Shown one piece after another: positions 57,289 to 64,000 of a stretch of DNA of 64,000 bases. A model generated the notes under the pieces. That model was given only the letters and a program-made list of their open reading frames with translations. It did no database searches and was not told the origin of the DNA. Each line of letters opens with the position of its first letter. The stretch's first letter is position 1. The translations under genes and the position numbers were made by a program. The DNA comes from Candidatus Limnocylindria bacterium (lineage in GTDB: Bacteria > Chloroflexota > Limnocylindria > P2-11E). The stretch lies in the NCBI GenBank assembly GCA_035543375.1, contig DASZZF010000006.1, positions 4,464 to 68,463 on the forward strand, read 5' to 3'.

Positions 57289-58476
57289 CTACAAGAGCAG
57301 ACTGGCGCGAAGCTTCTCGACGCGCGCCACCGCGGCCACGTTCCGTTTCGCCTCGTACTGGACGCGCGCCTCGTCGAGCGCGGCGGCCGCCTCATCATTC
57401 CTCCCCGCGAGCGACAGCACTTCCGCAAGTCCCAGGCGAGCATCGCCGCGCCGATTCACGGTGTCGCCCCTGTCCGCGGCCGCGATGACCTCACCGGCAA
57501 GCCGCTCAGCGCCTTCGAACTCACCTCGGCGCGCGAGGAGCTTCGCGCGAACCTCATCGAGGGCGTAGCGCTCCGCTTCGTCGTATCGGCCCTGCCGGTA
57601 CAGCGCTTCGGCGAGCTGCCTGGCGATGCCGCCCTCGGGTTTTTCGCCCATCTTCTCCAGTCGCTCGTAGCCCCAGCGCAACTCCCGCTCGGCGGCGGCG
57701 GGGTCGTCCGCGAGCAGCTCGATCATCCCGGAGATGGTGCGCCGCGTGGCCATTCGCAGGTCGAGGCCGAGCTCCTCCAGGATAGCGAGGCCTTGCGCGA
57801 AAGAGGCGCGCGCCTCCGCGAAGCGGCCCTGCATCGCGTTGAGACCGGCGAGCACGCCGAGCACCCCGGCCTCGACCGTGCGGTCGCCGCGCGCCAGCCC
57901 GATCAGCTCGTCGCAACGGCGGATAGCTTCGTCCGCCGGGGTCGGACCGAAGTGGTAGGTGACGGCGAGCCACCAGAGGATGTCGGCGATCTCGCGCTGG
58001 TCTCCGGCCCGCCGCGCGTGCACGAGCGCGCGCTCGAGCCCCGCCGTCCCGGCCGCCCAAGTATCTACGACGTGTTCGTCGCCGGTGAGGTGCCAGGCCT
58101 TCGCGAGACCGAGCTCGTCGCCGAGCTGTTCGAACACCGGGATCGCGGTCCGCGCGAGCTCGACGGCCTCCTCCTCTGTGGCGCTCCCGGCCTCGACCCG
58201 CCAGGTCATGCGCTCGATGAGCGCGCGAAGCTCACCGCCGCGATCGTTCGACGTCCTCGCGGCTTCCACGGCTTCGATGAGCGTCTCGTCCGCGGTGGCG
58301 AACTGACCGGTCCGCGCGAGAGCGCTTCCGAGGCGTTGTAGAACCTCGCTCCGCGCCGCCGTTCCGCCTTCCGTGGTCGCTGCCGCGGCGCGGAGCCTCG
58401 TCACGGCGTTCGTCATGTCGCCGCGCGCAAAGGCGTCGAGGCCGTCGCGCAGATCCTCCGACAGATGCTCTACCAC
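57289..58476 (-). CDS. TPR-like helical-repeat protein, paralogous to the C-terminal domain of the adjacent cyclase-ATPase-TPR protein; possibly a remnant
   Basis: Collinear with the C-terminus of 58536..61526 (for example RMATRRTISGMIELLADDPAAAERELRWGYERLEKMG versus RMATRRTISGAVELLAGDPVAAERELRWGFERLEQIG). Confidence 0.5.
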   Translation of the reverse strand: MVEHLSEDLRDGLDAFARGDMTNAVTRLRAAAATTEGGTAARSEVLQRLGSALARTGQFATADETLIEAVEAARTSNDRGGELRALIERMTWRVEAGSATEEEAVELARTAIPVFEQLGDELGLAKAWHLTGDEHVVDTWAAGTAGLERALVHARRAGDQREIADILWWLAVTYHFGPTPADEAIRRCDELIGLARGDRTVEAGVLGVLAGLNAMQGRFAEARASFAQGLAILEELGLDLRMATRRTISGMIELLADDPAAAERELRWGYERLEKMGEKPEGGIARQLAEALYRQGRYDEAERYALDEVRAKLLARRGEFEGAERLAGEVIAAADRGDTVNRRGDARLGLAEVLSLAGRNDEAAAALDEARVQYEAKRNVAAVARVEKLRASLLL

Positions 58477-58535
58477 GGGCCGGCAGTCTATCCGGGAGCC
58501 GTAGCCCGCGGTGAGTCATCTCTAGACTCCGGTGT

Positions 58536-61526
58536 GTGACGGCCCGCGAGGTCCGCAAGACGGTCACCATCGTGTTCGCCGACGTGACCGGGTCCACGAG
58601 CCTCGGCGAACGCCTCGACCCCGAATCCACCCGCGAGGTCATGAACCGCTATTTCCAGGGGATGCGTGGCGTGCTCGAGCGGCACGGCGGCACGATCGAG
58701 AAGTTCATCGGCGACGCTGTGGTGGCGGTCTTTGGCGTGCCGACGCTACACGATGACGATGCGCTTCGCGCGGTGCGTGCCGCGAGCGAGATGCGCGCGG
58801 TGCTCGGACAACTGAGCGACGCGCTCGAACGCGAATCCGGCGTTCGGATCGAGGCGCGGATCGGAGTGAACACTGGCGAGGTCGTCGCCGGCGATCCCGG
58901 GAGCGGGCAGACGTTCGTCACCGGCGACTGCGTCAATGTCGCCGCGCGGCTGCAGCAGAACGCCGCGCCGGGGGAGATCGTCATCGGAGATGCGACGCGC
59001 GCGCTCGTGCGGGACGCGGTGCGCGCCGAACGCCTCGAGCCGCTCGTCGCGAAGGGGAAGAGCGCACCCGTCATCGCCTGGCGGCTCCAGGAGGTCATCG
59101 CAGGCGCGCCCGCGATCGCCCGACGTCGCGACGTGCCGATGGTCGGTCGCGGGGCCGAGCTGGCGCAGCTGCGGCGCTCGTACGACGACGCGAAACGCGA
59201 GCGTTCGTGCCAGCTCCTGACGTTCATCGGCGCACCGGGCATCGGGAAATCCCGGCTCGCCGATGAGTTCGTCGCGAGCGTCGCCGCCGAGGCGCGCGTC
59301 GTCGCCGGCCACTCTCTCGAATACGGGGACGGCATCACCTACTGGCCGATCGCCGAGATCCTCCGGCAGCTCGGCGGCGTCGAAAGGAGCGTCGTCGCGA
59401 TCCCAGATGCGGTCGAGCGCGGCGTTGTGCTCGGCCACCTCCGGCTGGCGATCGGTGAGGCGGCCGGCGGAGGGACCACGGCCGAGATCTTCTGGGCGGC
59501 CCGCAAGCTTCTGGAGGCGCTCGCTCGCGAGACCCCCCTCGTCGTTGTGCTCGACGACCTCCAGTGGGCCGAGCCGACGTTCCTCGACCTCGTCGAGTAT
59601 CTCGTGACGCTCGTCGCAGACGCGCCCGTCCTCGCGGTGTGCCTCGCCCGTCCCGAGCTCCTGGACGCGCGACCGGGTTGGAGCGCGTTGGGACGGAGCG
59701 CGCGCGTGCTCCCGCTCGGGGCGCTCTCGCCTACGGAGTCCACAGCGCTCCTCGAGGCGGATCAGGCGATCAAGACCGTGCCGTCCGCCGACCGCACGCG
59801 GATCATCGAGGCCGGGGGCGGCAATCCGCTGTTCCTGCAGCAGATGCTCGCCATGATCCGTGAAGGCGCGACCCCAGCGGCCGTCCCGCCGACCGTGCAG
59901 GCCCTGATCGCGGCCCGACTCGACCGGATACCTCCGCACGAGCGCGTCCTCCTCGACCTCGCGTCTGTCGAAGGGCAGGTCTTCCATCACGGTGCGCTCC
60001 GCGAGCTATCCGACGGCGCCGACCAGGGCGATATCGCGACGCGGCTGGTCGCCCTCGTGCGCCGGGAGCTCATCCGCCAGGACCGGACACTGTTCCCGGG
60101 CGACGACGCATTCCGCTTCGATCACGTACTCATCCGGGACGTTGCCTACGCGTCGATCCCAAAGACGCGTCGCGCGGAGGTACACGAGCGGCTGGCGACA
60201 TGGCTCGGTCAGATGCCCGGCGAGTTCGACGAGATCGTTGGCTACCACTTCGAGCAGGCGCACCGATATCGCATCGAGCTACGGCGTAACGATGATCGCG
60301 CCGGCGAGCTTGCGCGGCGCGCCAGCGAGCCGCTCGCGGCCGCGGGACGGCGCGCGTTCACACGCGGCGACATGGCCGCGTCGGCCAACCTCCTCGGCCG
60401 CGCGGCGGCACTCTCGGCTCACGACCGCCAAAGCGGTGAGCTCCTGGTGATGCTCGGCAGCGCGCTCGCGCGTGTCGGCGACCTGGCCCGAGCCGATCGC
60501 GTCCTGGGCGACGCGATCGACGCCGCCGTCGCCGCGGATGATCGCCGTCTCGAGCTCCACGCCCGGGTCGAGCGCGCGGCGTGGCGGCTCTGGGTGGAAC
60601 CAGGGAGCGCTGCGGCGGCACGCCGTTTGGCCGAGGACGCGATCGCCCGTTTCGGCGAGCTCGGCGACGACCGCGGCCTCGCTCGCGCGTGCCGTCTCCT
60701 TGGTGATGCCGAGACGACCTGGCACGCCAGCGCAGGGGCCCTCGAGCGGGCCGTCGCGTACGCGCGGCGCTCCGGCGACGATCGCGAGGGATCGGACGCT
60801 TTGTGGTGGATCGGCGTCGCGATGCACTTCGGCCCAATGCCGGCCCAGGACGCGATCCGCCGCTGCGAAGCGATCCTCGCCGAGGTCGGCGCGGACCGAA
60901 CTCTGGAGGCGGGGATGCGCGGGATCCTGGCGGGCCTCCTTGCGATGCGCGGCCAGTACACCGAGGCCCGGGAGCTCTACGCGAGCGGGTTCGCGATCCT
61001 CGAGCAGCTCGGCCTGAAGCTGCGCATGGCCACCCGACGGACGATCTCGGGAGCGGTCGAGCTGCTCGCGGGTGATCCGGTCGCGGCCGAGCGCGAGCTG
61101 CGCTGGGGGTTCGAGCGCCTGGAGCAGATCGGAGAGCGGATAGATCGGCCGGGCATCGCCGCCCAGCTTGCCGAAGCGCTGTACCAGCAAGGCCGCTTCG
61201 AGGAAGCTGAGCGTTTCGTCGAGATCGCCGATCAGGTCATCCCCGGTGCGCGGGTGCGCTATCGCTTCGCGGTCCGCGCGAAGATGCTCGCGCGGCGAGG
61301 TGAGTTCGACCGTGCCGAGGCGCTCGCCCGGGAGGTCGTCGCGCTCGCCGAGCCCGACGACAACCTCAACATGCGCGGCCACACCCTCATGGACCTCGCG
61401 GAAGTGATGCGGCTCGCCGATAAGATCGCCGAGTCGCGGCACTGCGTCGAGACCGCGCTCCACCTGTACGAACGCAAGGGGAACGCCGTGTCCGCGGCGG
61501 CAGCCCGGGCGCTCCTCGGCGGCTGA
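58536..61526 (+). CDS. Class III adenylyl cyclase (CHD) fused to a STAND/NB-ARC-like ATPase and a C-terminal TPR domain
   Basis: Cyclase motifs are present: FADVTGST and IGDAVVAVFG metal-binding Asp residues, adenine-specifying Lys in EKFIGDA and Asp in TGDCVNVAARL, and RIGVNTGEVVAG. This is followed by a P-loop (GAPGIGKSRL) and about 600 aa of helical repeats. No C-terminal HTH is apparent. Confidence 0.8.
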   Translation: MTAREVRKTVTIVFADVTGSTSLGERLDPESTREVMNRYFQGMRGVLERHGGTIEKFIGDAVVAVFGVPTLHDDDALRAVRAASEMRAVLGQLSDALERESGVRIEARIGVNTGEVVAGDPGSGQTFVTGDCVNVAARLQQNAAPGEIVIGDATRALVRDAVRAERLEPLVAKGKSAPVIAWRLQEVIAGAPAIARRRDVPMVGRGAELAQLRRSYDDAKRERSCQLLTFIGAPGIGKSRLADEFVASVAAEARVVAGHSLEYGDGITYWPIAEILRQLGGVERSVVAIPDAVERGVVLGHLRLAIGEAAGGGTTAEIFWAARKLLEALARETPLVVVLDDLQWAEPTFLDLVEYLVTLVADAPVLAVCLARPELLDARPGWSALGRSARVLPLGALSPTESTALLEADQAIKTVPSADRTRIIEAGGGNPLFLQQMLAMIREGATPAAVPPTVQALIAARLDRIPPHERVLLDLASVEGQVFHHGALRELSDGADQGDIATRLVALVRRELIRQDRTLFPGDDAFRFDHVLIRDVAYASIPKTRRAEVHERLATWLGQMPGEFDEIVGYHFEQAHRYRIELRRNDDRAGELARRASEPLAAAGRRAFTRGDMAASANLLGRAAALSAHDRQSGELLVMLGSALARVGDLARADRVLGDAIDAAVAADDRRLELHARVERAAWRLWVEPGSAAAARRLAEDAIARFGELGDDRGLARACRLLGDAETTWHASAGALERAVAYARRSGDDREGSDALWWIGVAMHFGPMPAQDAIRRCEAILAEVGADRTLEAGMRGILAGLLAMRGQYTEARELYASGFAILEQLGLKLRMATRRTISGAVELLAGDPVAAERELRWGFERLEQIGERIDRPGIAAQLAEALYQQGRFEEAERFVEIADQVIPGARVRYRFAVRAKMLARRGEFDRAEALAREVVALAEPDDNLNMRGHTLMDLAEVMRLADKIAESRHCVETALHLYERKGNAVSAAAARALLGG

Positions 61527-61623
61527 GCGCTCCCCAGGTCGGGCGAGGACCCGGGTGAGGTACGGGTGAGGACCACTGACCCACTTCCCGCTACCGACGC
61601 GCCGCACTAGCGTCTCCGAGCAG

Positions 61624-63600
61624 ATGAGGCTTCACTCGCGCTCGCAGCGGGCACTCGCCGCCGGACTCGCCGGCGCGGTCGCCGTGTGGGCCGTCGAGGT
61701 GTTCGCCGGCCCTGGCCAGGTCCGGAACCTGGTCGCCGATGTTGGCTGGACCGGCTTCGCCTTCGGCGCGATCGTCGGCGTGGCCCGCGCCGCCTTCGGC
61801 CCTGCGGGCCGGGATCGCGGCGCCTGGCTCTGGATCTTCGCCGGAACCATCTCGTGGACGGCCGGCCAGCTGTTCTCGGATGTCCGCGACATCGCGAACA
61901 TCGCCGCGCCAGCACCCGGGCCCTCCGACTTCGGCTTCGTCGTCGCCGGCGCCTGCTACCTGGTCGGCTGCGCGGCCTTTCTCACCCGTCACGGCCAGCG
62001 GCTGGCCATCTACGCGCTCGGGCTCGATGTGAGCGCGGCGGTGCTCACCATGGTCGCCGGCGTGGCCCTTTCCGCCTCGGACGTCTTCTCGGCGGACATG
62101 GTCCGCCAGCCGATCCCGACGATCGTCGCGTTCGCGGTTCCGGTCGTGTACGTCGCCGCGACCGGCGCCGCGCTGTCAATGTTCTGGGGCCTGCCGCCAT
62201 CTGAGACGCGACGCGCCCACGTCTCGCTGCTGATCGGCATCGCGCTCAGCACGGTCGCCTTCGTGCTCCGCTTCCCCGACTTCGTGCACGACACATCCGC
62301 CACCGGCTCGATCCTCGATCCGATCTGGATGGTCGGCATCCTGTTCGTTGGCATCGCGGGCTCCGAATGGTCCGAGGGACGGGCCGCCGCGGGCTCGCCC
62401 TTCGTAAGCGGTGTCGCGGTGCAGTTCTCACGCATGCTGTTGCCGGCCTTCGCCGCGGTCGTTGCGGCCGGGATCCTCGTCACGAGCCAGCTCGACAAGC
62501 AGACCGCGACCGACCCGATCGTTGCCGGCGTCGTCGCGCTCATCATCATCGTGTTGTCCATTCGCACCGGTCTGGCGCTGTACGCGAACTGGCGTCTCGG
62601 CCTGCGCGAGCGGCGGCGCGCCGCGCAGTTCGCGGCGCTCTACGACGTCGGGCTTGCCACCGCCGGTGAGATCTCGCTCGCCGATCTGGCTCGGCTGGCC
62701 GTCGACAACGTGACCAAGCTGACCCAGACGGACGGCGCGATGATCGCGATCGCCGATACAGATCGCGGGGGTTACATGGTCCGCGCGGTCAACCGCTCGA
62801 AGATGCCCGAGCTCCGTGACGCCACCGGGGAGCCCCTGGCTGGGATCGCGCGCGAGTGCGTTCGCACGCGCGATGCGGCCGTGGCGGTCAATTATGCCGC
62901 CCATCCGGAGTCGAATCGGCGGCTCCACGGCGTCATCGCGTCGGCGCTCGCGCTGCCGCTCATCGCGCAGGGCGAGGTGTTGGGGGCCATGACCTTGTAC
63001 TCCGGGCGGTCCCGCCACTGGGGCAGCGAGACGCAGCGGATGTTCCGGCTGTACGCGGCGCAGGTGGCGATCGCGATCGCGAACGCCCGCCTGCTCAGCG
63101 AGAGCCGCCGCCTCGGCAGCGACGATCCGCTCACCGGCCTGACCAACCGCCGGGTCTTGGTGGAGCGACTCGAAACCGAGGCCGCGGAGGCGCGCCGCCA
63201 CGGCGACGCGTTCTGCGTGATCCTCTGCGACGTCGACGGCCTGAAGGCGGTCAACGACTCCGCCGGCCACCTGGTGGGAGACTCCGTCCTCCGGTCCGTC
63301 GCCGCGACGCTGCGGGCCACCGCGCGGGCCGAGGACATCGTCGCGCGTTTCGGCGGTGACGAATTCGTGCTGCTCCTGCCGCGCACCTCGCTCGAAGCCG
63401 CACAGGTGCTCGTGCAGCGCCTCGGGCGCGAGCTGCCCGAGCAGACCTACACCTGGGCCGGCACGCCGCACACGCTTCCGCGGGTCTCGCTCGGCATCGC
63501 CGCGTTCCCCGGCGACGGCCTCCTCGCGGATCAGCTCATCGCGAAAGCGGACGAGCGGATGTACGCGGACAAGGCGCGCGCGCGCGGTCGCGTCCGCTAA
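61624..63600 (+). CDS. Membrane sensor diguanylate cyclase (multi-TM N-terminus, GAF, GGDEF)
   Basis: About 8 predicted TM helices in the first 330 aa. A GAF-like region follows (MIAIADTDRGGYMVRAVN...LIAQGEVLGAMTLYS), then a GGDEF domain (RFGGDEFVLLLP, with the inhibitory-site-like RxxD absent or unclear). Confidence 0.8.
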   Translation: MRLHSRSQRALAAGLAGAVAVWAVEVFAGPGQVRNLVADVGWTGFAFGAIVGVARAAFGPAGRDRGAWLWIFAGTISWTAGQLFSDVRDIANIAAPAPGPSDFGFVVAGACYLVGCAAFLTRHGQRLAIYALGLDVSAAVLTMVAGVALSASDVFSADMVRQPIPTIVAFAVPVVYVAATGAALSMFWGLPPSETRRAHVSLLIGIALSTVAFVLRFPDFVHDTSATGSILDPIWMVGILFVGIAGSEWSEGRAAAGSPFVSGVAVQFSRMLLPAFAAVVAAGILVTSQLDKQTATDPIVAGVVALIIIVLSIRTGLALYANWRLGLRERRRAAQFAALYDVGLATAGEISLADLARLAVDNVTKLTQTDGAMIAIADTDRGGYMVRAVNRSKMPELRDATGEPLAGIARECVRTRDAAVAVNYAAHPESNRRLHGVIASALALPLIAQGEVLGAMTLYSGRSRHWGSETQRMFRLYAAQVAIAIANARLLSESRRLGSDDPLTGLTNRRVLVERLETEAAEARRHGDAFCVILCDVDGLKAVNDSAGHLVGDSVLRSVAATLRATARAEDIVARFGGDEFVLLLPRTSLEAAQVLVQRLGRELPEQTYTWAGTPHTLPRVSLGIAAFPGDGLLADQLIAKADERMYADKARARGRVR

Positions 63601-63636
63601 AGTTCCCTCATCGCACCGAGGGAGGTCCGCGTTCGC

Positions 63637-63810
63637 ATGTCACAGGCGACCAAGTGCCCCGAATGCGAGGGCAGCGTCACCGTCGGCGCGGACGCCGTGA
63701 AGGGCGAGATCGTGTCATGCCCCGATTGCGGCGCCGAGCTGGAGGTCACCGCGACGGCGCCGGTCGCCCTCGCGCTCGCGCCGGAGGCCGAAGAAGACTG
63801 GGGTGAGTAG
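63637..63810 (+). CDS. lysW: LysW, alpha-aminoadipate / amino-group carrier protein
   Basis: 57 aa, below the ORF-track cutoff. It has the zinc-ribbon pair CPECEG...CPDCGAE and the hallmark acidic C-terminus EEDWGE, whose terminal Glu is the attachment site. RBS GAGGGAGG lies upstream. Confidence 0.8.
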   Translation: MSQATKCPECEGSVTVGADAVKGEIVSCPDCGAELEVTATAPVALALAPEAEEDWGE

Positions 63811-64000
63811 CCCCACCGTGGCCGTCCTCCTCTCGCGGGTGCGGGTCGAGGAGAAGCTCCTCCTCGAGGAGATCGAGCGTCGGCACATCGCGTCCAAGGT
63901 CATCGACGACCGCGAGCTCGTGTTCGCGCTCGAGAGGAAGCCTGATCTCGGCGCGGACGTCGTCCTCGAGCGTTGTATCCAGCACTCGCGCGCGCTGTAC
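63804..64000 (+). CDS. lysX: LysX (RimK-type ATP-grasp, alpha-aminoadipate--LysW ligase); partial, runs off the window end
   Basis: Reads VAVLLSRVRVEEKLLLEEIERRHIASKVIDDRELVFALERKP...VVLERCIQHSRALY, which matches the LysX N-terminus (AILYDRIRPDERMLFERAE...ALERCVSQSRGL). GTG start overlaps the lysW stop. Confidence 0.7.

Noticed and set aside
58536-61526. Pycsar-like pyrimidine cyclase effector
   Set aside because: The canonical adenine-specifying Lys/Asp pair and the mycobacterial-type AC-ATPase-TPR layout favour a cAMP-producing regulator. It is kept only as a low-probability alternative in the findings.

Overview
This is a 64 kb, high-GC (about 70%), gene-dense bacterial chromosomal window. 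Most genes lie on the + strand and are translationally coupled, with 4-bp ATGA/GTGA overlaps, so family calls rest on motifs I could read in the translated ORFs.

Content from start to end:
- Positions 1-13 kb hold an aromatic/N-aromatic catabolic cluster: UbiD-family decarboxylase, type I extradiol dioxygenase, Rieske dioxygenase alpha and beta subunits (no ferredoxin or reductase in the window), DHDPS-family aldolase, LLM oxidoreductase, enoyl-CoA hydratase, RidA, an enamidase-like amidohydrolase, an ADP-forming acyl-CoA synthetase, two adjacent monocupins (a split bicupin) and a second amidohydrolase.
- Positions 13-20 kb hold an Fbp/Pot-type ABC importer. Its first binding-protein gene has ATC where its paralog has the ATG start. 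The second binding-protein gene is a pseudogene, as is the LLM gene between them.
- Positions 20-25.5 kb hold a Gfo/Idh/MocA oxidoreductase, two adjacent acyl-CoA dehydrogenases, an alpha-only Rieske oxygenase and a Uma2-family protein.
- Positions 25.5-34 kb hold a module under a GntR (FCD-type) regulator (amidohydrolase and NadX-like dehydrogenase) facing a divergent DHDPS-like / ornithine cyclodeaminase-like pair, followed by a second meta-cleavage set (extradiol dioxygenase, SDR, SnoaL-like protein, alpha/beta hydrolase, LLM).
- Positions 34-50 kb hold three NitT/TauT-type and one Fbp-type ABC system, interleaved with a benzoylformate-decarboxylase-like ThDP enzyme and an NAD-dependent epimerase.
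- At 51.2 kb a tRNA-Lys(CTT) carries a 5.4 kb integrated element flanked by 44-bp direct repeats. The element encodes an integrase, an excisionase-like HTH protein, a RecA-fold ATPase with an adjacent iteron-like repeat cluster, a ribbon-helix-helix protein and a Pro/Thr-repeat lipoprotein. An older integrase fragment sits just upstream of the tRNA.
- The window ends with a decayed inverted paralog and an intact 996-aa adenylyl cyclase / STAND ATPase / TPR protein, a membrane GAF-GGDEF diguanylate cyclase, and lysW-lysX. lysW is 57 aa and is missing from the ORF track.

A TGTATACA-centred palindrome family recurs in seven promoter regions. Many ORF-track entries are antisense or shifted-frame artefacts of the high GC content.

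My best candidates for an undescribed system are the GntR-governed module at 25.4-30.2 kb and the adenylyl cyclase / STAND ATPase / TPR protein at 58.5-61.5 kb, each with only moderate support. The 5.4 kb integrated element is the best-supported unusual feature but looks like a conventional satellite-type element.
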